A program made the position numbers and the translations under genes. A stretch of DNA of 64,000 nucleotides. Source: a virus. Below the pieces are notes generated by a model. The model was not told where the DNA came from and searched no databases. It saw only the letters and a list, made by a program, of their open reading frames with translations. The stretch covers positions 113,365-177,364 of IMG/VR virus record IMGVR_UViG_3300042402_001861, one strand, 5' to 3'. The number at the start of each line of letters is the position of its first letter. The first letter of the stretch is position 1. This document shows, in pieces, positions 35,247 through 43,800 of this stretch.

Positions 35247-35511
35247 GTATCCCACCAACGGGCCGACTTGCCTGAATTGCGGCTGTGCCACGCTTCGAAC
35301 ATTGCGAGATCATCAGTTTGAGATCGGAAGCAGGGAAAATGCACGGACAGAACCATTGGTCAAGGCAACCATCGTCTACAACCTTCCCGTATATCAATGC
35401 GTCAATGCCAAGTGTGGCTACTACTACACCGATGAGGAGGCAATGCTCATAGTCGATCCAATCTACAAAGCCTTGCTGAAGCACATACAGAGAACCAAGT
35501 CACTTGAGTGA
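35164..35511 (+). CDS. YgiT/MqsA-type zinc-finger protein (start uncertain)
   Basis: CLNCG...VYNLPVYQC..AKCGYYY pattern; no convincing start nearer the domain. Confidence 0.45.
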   Translation: MIGSVRIIWTSILEGIAQARRAKYGSDKYPTNGPTCLNCGCATLRTLRDHQFEIGSRENARTEPLVKATIVYNLPVYQCVNAKCGYYYTDEEAMLIVDPIYKALLKHIQRTKSLE

Positions 35512-35519
35512 CACCGAAT

Positions 35520-35593
35520 GGGGCGAGGGGGTCTTTGGTTGGCCCAGGAGAGTTTATACCTCTCTGGCGCAGGTTCGAATCCTGATCGCCCTA
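35520..35593 (+). tRNA. tRNA-Ile(TAT)
   Basis: Acceptor GGGGCGA/TCGCCCT; D arm GGGTC/GGCCC; anticodon arm GAGAG-TTTATAC-CTCTC; TTCGAAT T loop. Confidence 0.8.
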
Positions 35594-35628
35594 CTTGACG
35601 GATAAATACCACCACAAAGGAGATTGCC

Positions 35629-36018
35629 ATGCTTATTCCAAATACTGACTACATCATCATCGAAACCACCAAGGAAGAATTCGAGAAGCGAACTGACAGA
35701 AGCAACGCCAACTTCACCACGGACATGCTCTACAATGTCACGGGCCGAATCTATGCTGTGGGTGACAGCAAGTTCTCTGACAGCCCTGTGATGGGAGATG
35801 GACGGTCTTTCTCTTGGGCACGGAGGCCGGACGAGTTCCCGCTGAAGAACGGCGAGGAAGTCGTATGTGGTTCTTGGGAACACGCCACGGTCCATGAGGG
35901 AAAGCACTTGTTCCTCGTCCGCAAGGACACCGTGCTTGCTGTTTATCGTGAACGGGAACAGGTCGAAGCGACTTTGTTTGACACCGCAGAGGAACAGGAA
36001 GTCCAACTTAACGCTTGA
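35629..36018 (+). CDS. divergent GroES/gp31-like co-chaperonin
   Basis: LIPNTDYIIIE / TGRIYAVG / LKNGEEVV / LFLVRKDTVLAV align with GroES strands; GATAAATA at 35601-35608; RBS AAGGAG. Confidence 0.65.
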   Translation: MLIPNTDYIIIETTKEEFEKRTDRSNANFTTDMLYNVTGRIYAVGDSKFSDSPVMGDGRSFSWARRPDEFPLKNGEEVVCGSWEHATVHEGKHLFLVRKDTVLAVYREREQVEATLFDTAEEQEVQLNA

Positions 36019-36061
36019 AATTCAATAAATGCACCCCGCCAGAGATAGCATCTCCGGCCCG

Positions 36062-36092
36062 ACAGCCCCCGCTAGCAGGGGGCTGTTTCTTT
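36062..36092 (+). terminator. Rho-independent terminator
   Basis: ACAGCCCCC-GCTAGCA-GGGGGCTGT then TTCTTT. Confidence 0.8.
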
Positions 36093-36124
36093 AAATCAGG
36101 ATGGGGGAAAGGATAAATATGACC

Positions 36125-37372
36125 ATGATAAGGACTTTCTCAAGCCTGATCGAAGAGCGGCAACCCGTCATGGAGGCGGTGCAGTCGCAGCATCTTGATC
36201 ACCTTGAGGACTTGATCTTTTTGGATGGAGGGGTAAAGAAAGCCACCGAAATCCTTAAGAATCTGGTGAAGTCCTTGGCTTCAGCCACCCCTACGGCAAA
36301 GATGGTCATCACCACGAAGTGGGATGGGGCACCGGCAATAGTGGCAGGAATCCACCCGGCAACTAAGAAGTTCTTCGTGGCACTCAAGGGAGCAACCCTT
36401 TCTGCCAATCCCAAGATTTGCTATACACAGGCAGACATCAACCGGGAGTATGGAGACAAGGCGGAACTTGCATCCAAACTTTCAGTTTGCCTGAAGAACC
36501 TTCCCTCCGTGTTGCCTGCAAAGGGAATCTATCATGGGGACTTGCTCTTCACAGACAACAAGAAGATCGCCACAATTGACGGTACATCTATGGTGACTTT
36601 CCGACCAAACACGATCATGTATGCCGTTCCTGCTGACAGCCCAATGGGAGTGAAGATAAAGGCTGCAAAGATGGGAATCGTATTCCATACGCAGTACACG
36701 GGCACGGGCAAGGAACTCAAGGATCTGTCCAAGTCTCCCCTTTCCTCGCTGCAAGGGTTCAAGCAGACAACTGCCGTATGGTTCACGGGTGCCACTTTGC
36801 CGTCCCCGCCATCAGGATCAACCTTCCTCACGGCAAGCAACGCCAAGCAGATAGTTGACCTTATTGGATTGATTGCGGCATCGGCAACCCAAGTCAACTC
36901 ATTTCTCAAGATTGTGAAGAAGTCCCACGAAAAGGACATCTACGCAGAACTGATGCCCTTCATCAATTCGGGGGTTCGGGCAGGAATTTCAAAATACGAT
37001 TCCGCCAAGTTGAAGGTGTTCATCGAAGGTAAATACAATGCAGCAATCGCGAAGTTGAAGACACAGACAAAGATAGCAGAGAAACAAAACGACAAGAAGA
37101 AGGCAATTGCCTTCATCGATGCATACGCAGGGCAGTTTGATCAGTTGTTCAAGGTTCACTCGTTGGTGTCGGAAGCAAAGATGGTGGTAATCAGCAAGTT
37201 GTCTGAAGTAAAGACGATAGGAACATACTTGCCAACCGCATCCGGCTTGAAGGCAACCAATCCCGAAGGATTCGTTGCCGTGTGTGGAAAGACTTGTTCA
37301 ACCATCAAGTTGATAGACAGATTGGTGTTCGCAAACGCAAACATGAACATAACCAAGGATTGGAAGAAATGA
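36125..37372 (+). CDS. DUF6267-like conserved T4-like protein with ligase-type KxDG motif
   Basis: HLDHLED, TTKWDGAPAI, KFFV..K, GDLLF, PNTIMY, PEGFV, KLIDRL.F; late promoter 36112-36119; ATGA-coupled to the next gene. Confidence 0.75.
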   Translation: MIRTFSSLIEERQPVMEAVQSQHLDHLEDLIFLDGGVKKATEILKNLVKSLASATPTAKMVITTKWDGAPAIVAGIHPATKKFFVALKGATLSANPKICYTQADINREYGDKAELASKLSVCLKNLPSVLPAKGIYHGDLLFTDNKKIATIDGTSMVTFRPNTIMYAVPADSPMGVKIKAAKMGIVFHTQYTGTGKELKDLSKSPLSSLQGFKQTTAVWFTGATLPSPPSGSTFLTASNAKQIVDLIGLIAASATQVNSFLKIVKKSHEKDIYAELMPFINSGVRAGISKYDSAKLKVFIEGKYNAAIAKLKTQTKIAEKQNDKKKAIAFIDAYAGQFDQLFKVHSLVSEAKMVVISKLSEVKTIGTYLPTASGLKATNPEGFVAVCGKTCSTIKLIDRLVFANANMNITKDWKK

Positions 37373-40300
37373 AAACCTTCTCGGAAGCAACAAAGAACTT
37401 CAAGCCAAAGGGCAAGTCCGTAGTAGTGGCTGTTGGGAGGTTCAATCCCCCCACCACAGGGCATGAACTTCTTCTCAAGAAGGTCAAGGAAGTGCAGTCT
37501 GCAAAGGGTGCCGATGCTCATGTCATCTACTACAGTTATTCCAACGATCCTAAGAAGAATCCCCTGACTGCGGCGCAGAAAGCCAAGTATCTCAAGCAAT
37601 TCTTCCCCGGCTACAAGTTCAAGCAGATGCCCAAGCCTTCGGCAAAGGGTTCGGGTGTATATGCCTGTATGCAGGAGTTGAGCGACCAAGGCTACACACA
37701 GGTTTATGTTGTGACCGGTGCCGATCACATGACGGAATACCAACTTGTCAAGAAGTACATCAAGAAGACCCCGACACAGAAGGACGGGTACAACTTCAGC
37801 AAGTACGAGATAATCAGCGCAGGAGAGCGTGATCCCGATTCTGAGGGAGTGGTCGGCATGTCTGCAAGCAAGATGCGTAAGGCCGCATTCGATAAGGACA
37901 TCAAGACCTTCATGACGGGCATTCCTTCAGGAGTTTCCAAGACGGTAGCAAAGCAGATGTACAATGATGTCCGCAAGGGAATGAGCCTAAAGGAAGAGGT
38001 GATCGTAGAGGAAACCAAGACACCCGTGACGATCATCGCTCTCACTTCAAGCATGGAAGAGAGCGAGAAAAGCACAATCGGAAAGATGGAGGAAGCCTGC
38101 AAGAAGTACAAGGTGAACTTCCATCCGATCCGCATCAAGACCGCCACCATCAACATCGCCAAGGCAAGTCCCGACAAGATCACCATAGAGAACTTCGATG
38201 GCGAAGGAAATGATGTCACCATCATCCCGAACCAGACCCTGTGCGTTGTCCGTGGTGGCACGATGAACAGCGAAGTCGGCATTGCCCTCCTCATGTTGTT
38301 GCAGAACAACGGCGTATTCATGGTGAACGAACGAGGCGGCATGGATCTGTGTGCAAACAAGTTGCAGACTGCCATCACGCTAAAGCGACACAACATTCCT
38401 CACCCAAAGACTGCATTCGTCGCAGATGCTGAATCCATTCCCGATGCCCTGAAGCAGATCGGAGGGAAGTTCCCCGTCATCGTCAAAACCCTGACGGGAG
38501 CGGAGGGAATTGGCGTATCGATCATCGAAAGCGAAAAGTCACTTGTGTCCGTGCTGCAAAGCCTGTGGAAGTACGGTGCCGAGATCATTCTTCAGGAATT
38601 CATTCCCGGCTTCACCCATGATGTCCGAAGCATCTGTCTCAACGGCAAGATTTTCGCATCTGCCAAGCGAGACAAGGCCAAGGGAGACTTCAGAACGAAT
38701 ATTGCCCGTGGTTCAAAGGGCGGTTCATTCGAACTATCTGAGGACGAGATCAAGTTGGTGGAAACCGTGGCGAGGGTTTCCAAGTGCTACTATGTCGGAG
38801 TCGATCATGTGGTCGCTGGTGGAAAGCCTTACATCATAGAGATGAATGCGAGCCCCGGAAGCGGAAATGTCTACACTCTGTATGAGGACGGAAAGCCGAC
38901 AAAGGATGTTGATGGCGATGAACTTGTCGAAGAACTCGTCAAGCACCTGTCCAACAAGCAGAATTGGAAGTTGTTCAGTTCCGTCGCGGTGGTCGAACCA
39001 ATAAAGGTCGCAGGCGAGGAATTCTACGGCAAGGTGGATACGGGCAACAGCGGTTACAACTCAATCCATGCCACGGACATTAAGATCAACGAGAAGAACC
39101 ACACAGTCACCTTCAAGTTCAATGGCGAGAAGGAGATGACCAAGCCCATACAGAGCCGTATTCGTCTTCGCCATGGTTCTTCCAAGGAAGAGGCAGTCCG
39201 TCCGACTGTCCTGTTTGATGTTGAATTTAATGGCAGGGAATTCAAGAATGTCAAGTTCAGTCTTGCCGACAGAAGCCACATGAACTACAAGGTTCTTCTT
39301 GGTCTTCGTTTCCTCGTTCAGGCCGGTGTCATGGTCGATCCCAAGGACATGTCGGCTTCGAAGACGAAGATCGATGAGGAGAAACTTGCCATGCAAGGCA
39401 AGGAAATGAAGAGTCACCTTGACGGTCTGATTTCAAAGATCAGGGAAAAGCATGGAAGCACAAATGTGACCTATTCGCAGGCTATGAAGATCGTAGGTGC
39501 GACAGGTGCTGCTCGTCTTGCTGCCCGTGGAATGATTAAGCGTGACAGCGGCAAGAAGGAAAAGGGAGAACTTGGCAAGGAATCCGTGGAGGAATCCAAG
39601 TACACAACCAAGACCGGAAAGGCCGTGTCTCCTGCAAGAGACACGAAGGCCGACTTGCCGAAGAAGTATGTCGCTGGCCTGAGCAAGACGCAGAAGGCAA
39701 AGCGAAAGGCACAATTTGACAAGCGCAAGGACATTCCCGACAGCGATCCCCGTGCATGGAAGAAGTTGCCGGGTGATCCAAAGGAAACCAAGAGAAAGTC
39801 CAAGTACACTCAATTGTTTGCCAAGAAGTTTGGGAAGAAGGTTGAAGAGGCAATCGATCAATTGATGAAGATCGATTCACTCTCCATCCCCATGTCGGAA
39901 AAGGTCGAACGAGTCAGGGAATACCAATCCAAGTTGCAGACGAAGGAAGAAAGAGACATCTGCACGGTCTTTATTGAAGTCGTCAAGAACGAGATGTACG
40001 AACCATATTCCAACATCAAGACAACCTTGGACGAGGATTTCGAGTGGATGATGTACAACAGTACGGATTCAGAGTCCACGGCAAGAATCATTAAGAAGAA
40101 GTTGCAGGAAGTTCTTGAAATCGGAACCAACGAAATCGTCAAGGCGTATTCCAAGATGACTCCGGGGCAGAAGTACTACACCGAGGACAAGGCCAAGGAA
40201 GAGCAGGATGCCCTTTACAAGGAATGGGAAAAGTTGGTCAACATGGGTCCAAAGGAGTTGGAGTCCTTCATCGATTCAGATGAGGGCGAAGAAGCAGGAC

Positions 40301-40554
40301 TTTCCCGCAAGGAGGCTTCCAAAGCAGGAGCCAAGGGCGGAAAGATCAAGTCCGGACGAGACTCGGCCCGTGCCATTGTACGCATGTTGCAGACCAAGAA
40401 GAAGGATTGGACACCCAACGATTGGGAATGGGCACGAAGACAGGTCAATTTCATCACACGCATGAAGGGAGCCCAAGGACCGATGCGTGACGAAAAGGGT
40501 CGCCCAACAAGGAAACTTCTGGCTCTGAAGATTTGGGGCCACAACCCGGAATAA
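37369..40554 (+). CDS. multidomain polyprotein: HxGH nucleotidyltransferase + RimK-like ATP-grasp ligase + retropepsin-like protease + DUF5824 N-half + DUF3140-like domain
   Basis: GRFNPPTTGH...SASKMR; ANKLQT/PVIVKTLTGAEGIGV/LQEFI/GDFRTN/IEMNASPG; KVDTG...SLADRS.M.YKVLLG; KYVAGLS...SKYT; LVNMGPKELE...LKIWGHNP. Confidence 0.88.
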   Translation: MKTFSEATKNFKPKGKSVVVAVGRFNPPTTGHELLLKKVKEVQSAKGADAHVIYYSYSNDPKKNPLTAAQKAKYLKQFFPGYKFKQMPKPSAKGSGVYACMQELSDQGYTQVYVVTGADHMTEYQLVKKYIKKTPTQKDGYNFSKYEIISAGERDPDSEGVVGMSASKMRKAAFDKDIKTFMTGIPSGVSKTVAKQMYNDVRKGMSLKEEVIVEETKTPVTIIALTSSMEESEKSTIGKMEEACKKYKVNFHPIRIKTATINIAKASPDKITIENFDGEGNDVTIIPNQTLCVVRGGTMNSEVGIALLMLLQNNGVFMVNERGGMDLCANKLQTAITLKRHNIPHPKTAFVADAESIPDALKQIGGKFPVIVKTLTGAEGIGVSIIESEKSLVSVLQSLWKYGAEIILQEFIPGFTHDVRSICLNGKIFASAKRDKAKGDFRTNIARGSKGGSFELSEDEIKLVETVARVSKCYYVGVDHVVAGGKPYIIEMNASPGSGNVYTLYEDGKPTKDVDGDELVEELVKHLSNKQNWKLFSSVAVVEPIKVAGEEFYGKVDTGNSGYNSIHATDIKINEKNHTVTFKFNGEKEMTKPIQSRIRLRHGSSKEEAVRPTVLFDVEFNGREFKNVKFSLADRSHMNYKVLLGLRFLVQAGVMVDPKDMSASKTKIDEEKLAMQGKEMKSHLDGLISKIREKHGSTNVTYSQAMKIVGATGAARLAARGMIKRDSGKKEKGELGKESVEESKYTTKTGKAVSPARDTKADLPKKYVAGLSKTQKAKRKAQFDKRKDIPDSDPRAWKKLPGDPKETKRKSKYTQLFAKKFGKKVEEAIDQLMKIDSLSIPMSEKVERVREYQSKLQTKEERDICTVFIEVVKNEMYEPYSNIKTTLDEDFEWMMYNSTDSESTARIIKKKLQEVLEIGTNEIVKAYSKMTPGQKYYTEDKAKEEQDALYKEWEKLVNMGPKELESFIDSDEGEEAGLSRKEASKAGAKGGKIKSGRDSARAIVRMLQTKKKDWTPNDWEWARRQVNFITRMKGAQGPMRDEKGRPTRKLLALKIWGHNPE

Positions 40555-40559
40555 TTCAA

Positions 40560-40826
40560 ATGCAAAGATTCAAAAACTACATCTCCGAAGACAAGCCAGC
40601 CGCACATACATCCTTGGAGAAGAAGTCCAAGGCTTCAGGCATCCCTTACCGCTTCCTCAAGCAAGTCTATGACCGTGGAGTGGTCGCATGGAAGGGAGGC
40701 CATAGGCCGGGGGCTGGCCCCGAGCAATGGGGTCTGGCAAGAGTCAACAGTTTCATCGTCGGCGGCAAGACTCGTCATACCGCCGATGCAGACATTTGGA
40801 AAAAGTACAAGGGCAGCAAGCGTTAA
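40560..40826 (+). CDS. DUF5824 C-half protein
   Basis: SGIP..FLKQVYDRGVVAWKGGHRPGAGPEQWGLARVNSF..GGKT..TADADIW. Confidence 0.75.
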   Translation: MQRFKNYISEDKPAAHTSLEKKSKASGIPYRFLKQVYDRGVVAWKGGHRPGAGPEQWGLARVNSFIVGGKTRHTADADIWKKYKGSKR

Positions 40827-40870
40827 ATTTCGCTAAATACCCAAGCATCAACTTCACCTAGAGGTAAACA

Positions 40871-41788
40871 ATGCACAGTAACAAAATCTCTGCCAATTTG
40901 CAAAATGACATTCTGAAGGTTCTTCGTGGCGAAACTATTTCGAAGACCGAACTCCCGACCGCCATCATGGAGGCCGCAAAGCAGGCTTCCATCGATCTGG
41001 GTCATGCCTTCCTTGACGAGGGCTATCTGTCGGCAGAACGCCGCCGCGACATCCTTCGCCGCAACCTCGCAGAGGGGTTGAAGAAGTGCGGATGCACTCC
41101 GACCACGGAAATGATCAACCGCTACGAGGAAGAGGCTTCCAAGCCCGTTCAGGTTGATGCTAAGAAGGAAGTTGCCGAGGAAACCAAGAAGGAAGAAGTC
41201 GTTGATGAGGCAGTAGTGACCGAAACCGAAGAAGAAACTCTTACCGAAAGCAAGGCTAAGGTCACACAAACAAAAGATGGCCGTTATTTCTTCGAATATC
41301 CAGGAATGAGTGCAACAACACGGGCTGGACTTATGCTCTGGGTAAGAGAGGTGTTTGGAACAAACGACAAAACCTACACCTCGGCTAATACTAAGAAAGC
41401 ATATGACACACTTGCCAAACATGCAGATGGAATCAATGCATGGATGAAAAAGAACAATTTCGGATCATTTGCCAACGGTACGCACCCTAACTATAAGCAC
41501 CTTATTGGTTATTATCTGAAGAACCTAAAGGGTGTAAATATTAAGGGCAAGTACGATGTTAAGAATGATCTCGGAGCCGGTAAGACTTTAAAGAAGGAAG
41601 AAGTCGTTGATGAGGCTGCATCCGACATGATGCTTCGCTCTTGGATTCGCAACAATTATCCAAGCGCCGACAACACCAAGTTCAACAAGATCCTCGCAGC
41701 AATGCAGAAGCAGTACAACAAAGACCCCAAGGGCTATACCTACGGTGGCGGCTTCAGCAAGGTTGCAAAGGACGCAGGGATCAAGTAA
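40871..41788 (+). CDS. acidic modular internal head protein
   Basis: Late promoter 40834-40839; repeated KKEEVVDEA linkers. Confidence 0.65.
   Translation: MHSNKISANLQNDILKVLRGETISKTELPTAIMEAAKQASIDLGHAFLDEGYLSAERRRDILRRNLAEGLKKCGCTPTTEMINRYEEEASKPVQVDAKKEVAEETKKEEVVDEAVVTETEEETLTESKAKVTQTKDGRYFFEYPGMSATTRAGLMLWVREVFGTNDKTYTSANTKKAYDTLAKHADGINAWMKKNNFGSFANGTHPNYKHLIGYYLKNLKGVNIKGKYDVKNDLGAGKTLKKEEVVDEAASDMMLRSWIRNNYPSADNTKFNKILAAMQKQYNKDPKGYTYGGGFSKVAKDAGIK
41186..41616 (+). repeat. 26-bp direct repeat AAGAAGGAAGAAGTCGTTGATGAGGC (41186-41211, 41591-41616)
   Basis: Two exact copies flanking a compositionally distinct module. Confidence 0.85.
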
Positions 41789-41836
41789 TCCCTTTCCGAG
41801 AGACTAAATAACAGAGCCCCCAAAGGAGAACCATAG

Positions 41837-42718
41837 ATGCCACTCTGGAAGAACAACAATCGCGAAGAGTCGAAGCCGTCATGGCTGAACAAGATCGAGA
41901 AGAGACTTTGCGTCCGCACCGTCCGTGGTTGGGAGAAGCCCCTTGATGGGTCTTTCTTCAGCCAAGGAACCACCGCAACCAACTCGGTTCCTGTTCAGAT
42001 GGAACTCCTTGTCACCATGCCTTATGATCCTTCGATCACGGGTGGCGTAAACAGCGCATATGCCTACAGAACAGTAGGCGGGCTCTCCTCGGACAGCCGT
42101 GGCATCACTTCGTCCACCGAAGTGCAGTATTCTCCCTACTTCTCGACTCCTTTCGATGGAGACAGCGCCACCGCAGGCGGTCCTGCTGGTGTTGGAGTCA
42201 CCCACGACAACATCACCTATGTTGTTCCCAATGGTGCAACTCGCGGTGCTGGAGTCGGCTACCAGTATGGCGTGAATGCCTATGGCGTGTCCACCCTCGG
42301 TGGCCTGACCGGCGTTACCGCTTACATCAAGATTGTTGCCAACGATACCAACCTGACACAGAACCTAACTATCGGTCTGTCGGGAACCTACAACGGAATG
42401 GCTCTCTACACCGGCATCGGACTGACTGTCGGCAATGCCGCTCCTGCCATTCCAGAGGTTGTGTACAACGCCTTCTTCGGTGCAACCGGAGATGATCCGG
42501 GGATCAAGCAGTATCGTCAAGACAACATCGCTGTTCTTGTTGTCGGTGGCCAGACTGCTGCCGGTACAAAGGTTGTTGATCTAATCGTTCGCGACAACTC
42601 GGGTGTCACCTTCGGCACCATCAACGGTCTGACGGGAGCAACCGGCTTTGCCGAATTCACGCTGTCGTTCGACCGTAATGCCGCCGATGCCAAGTGGATC
42701 ACTTCGTACTCGAAGTAA
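41837..42718 (+). CDS. putative virion structural protein
   Basis: MPLWKNNNREESKPSWL...TVRGW N-terminus typical of T4-like virion proteins; late promoter 41805-41810; G/T-rich beta character. Confidence 0.65.
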   Translation: MPLWKNNNREESKPSWLNKIEKRLCVRTVRGWEKPLDGSFFSQGTTATNSVPVQMELLVTMPYDPSITGGVNSAYAYRTVGGLSSDSRGITSSTEVQYSPYFSTPFDGDSATAGGPAGVGVTHDNITYVVPNGATRGAGVGYQYGVNAYGVSTLGGLTGVTAYIKIVANDTNLTQNLTIGLSGTYNGMALYTGIGLTVGNAAPAIPEVVYNAFFGATGDDPGIKQYRQDNIAVLVVGGQTAAGTKVVDLIVRDNSGVTFGTINGLTGATGFAEFTLSFDRNAADAKWITSYSK

Positions 42719-42731
42719 GTAAGGAGTCAAG

Positions 42732-43328
42732 ATGCGTTTCAAGGACTTGCGTAAGAAGATTGAGGAAGCAATGCTTCCTACCGACTACTACGGTGGGTAT
42801 GTTGTCGGCACAAAGGTTGGACCCTTGGACTCTCAGGACAATGCAGTTGATGCTCCCGAGGCCAGCGTCCACAAACTCACGCATCAGGAATTGAAGAGAC
42901 TCAACACCTTCCTTGGTGCTTCAGAGGACAAGGCTTACATTGATGTGAATGTAGCCATCAACAACATGAAGCAGAAGTTGCAGACACAGGGCATTTCGTT
43001 TGACTTCAAGCCCGATGATGTGATGGAAGACGGCGATCACATCTTCCCGCTGAAGCAGTTCGGCGGACGCTACGGAATGGACGGGACATCCTACAATCCA
43101 ATCAACGACGATGGCATCACCCATCGTCTTGGTCACGGATTGAACCTGATGATCACCACCATGCGTCAGTCAAACGGCCTCACCAACATGTGTGCCAAGA
43201 TTTGTCCTGCCAATGAAATGCCAACCTCTCCCGAGATGAAGCCCAAGAATGCACCCATGAACATGTCGGCAAGCACGGTAATGGCAAACAAGAATCCATT
43301 CACCAACCCGACATTCTCCAAGCAATAA
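42732..43328 (+). CDS. conserved T4-like hypothetical protein
   Basis: MRFKDLRKKIEEA; LKQFGGRYG..DDGI motif. Confidence 0.65.
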   Translation: MRFKDLRKKIEEAMLPTDYYGGYVVGTKVGPLDSQDNAVDAPEASVHKLTHQELKRLNTFLGASEDKAYIDVNVAINNMKQKLQTQGISFDFKPDDVMEDGDHIFPLKQFGGRYGMDGTSYNPINDDGITHRLGHGLNLMITTMRQSNGLTNMCAKICPANEMPTSPEMKPKNAPMNMSASTVMANKNPFTNPTFSKQ

Positions 43329-43343
43329 TCGAAGATATGAAGA

Positions 43344-43380
43344 AAGGGGCATCAGTTTCGGCTGGTGCCCCTTGTTATTT
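43344..43380 (+). terminator. Rho-independent terminator with UUCG loop
   Basis: AAGGGGCATCAGT-TTCG-GCTGGTGCCCCTT then GTTATTT. Confidence 0.8.
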
Positions 43381-43410
43381 GGATAGATAATGGTGTATCA
43401 ATGACTCATC

Positions 43411-43800
43411 ATGCAATTCAAGAAACTAGACAATGACAACTACTCGCTGTATGCAGCGAAATACTACGACAATCCAACTTGTCGTGGAGTTGAGGAATTC
43501 AACGAGGATTTGACCCGCCTGATATACCTCAAGCGTCTGTTTCGCCGCTATCGAAGGACGGGTGAATTGCGTGAGCGATTGATACTGAATCATTTGATTA
43601 CTTTCTACAATGTCTTTGGTGTGGAAGCCGCAACTCGGCTTCTCTTTTTCAAAATAGACCCCGATTTGTATGATGTGTTGAAGACCTTCATTGTGTTCCT
43701 GAACTACATGGACCCAAAGACAAACACCATAGATGGCATAGATATTATTGCAATTCAGTTGGATCAGACGATCATAGATCGATTAAGGACACTCGGGTGA
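43411..43800 (+). CDS. conserved T4-like hypothetical protein
   Basis: YAAKYYDNP.C...EF.EDL.R..Y.KRL..RY...GEL.ERLILNH...YNVFG. Confidence 0.8.
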   Translation: MQFKKLDNDNYSLYAAKYYDNPTCRGVEEFNEDLTRLIYLKRLFRRYRRTGELRERLILNHLITFYNVFGVEAATRLLFFKIDPDLYDVLKTFIVFLNYMDPKTNTIDGIDIIAIQLDQTIIDRLRTLG

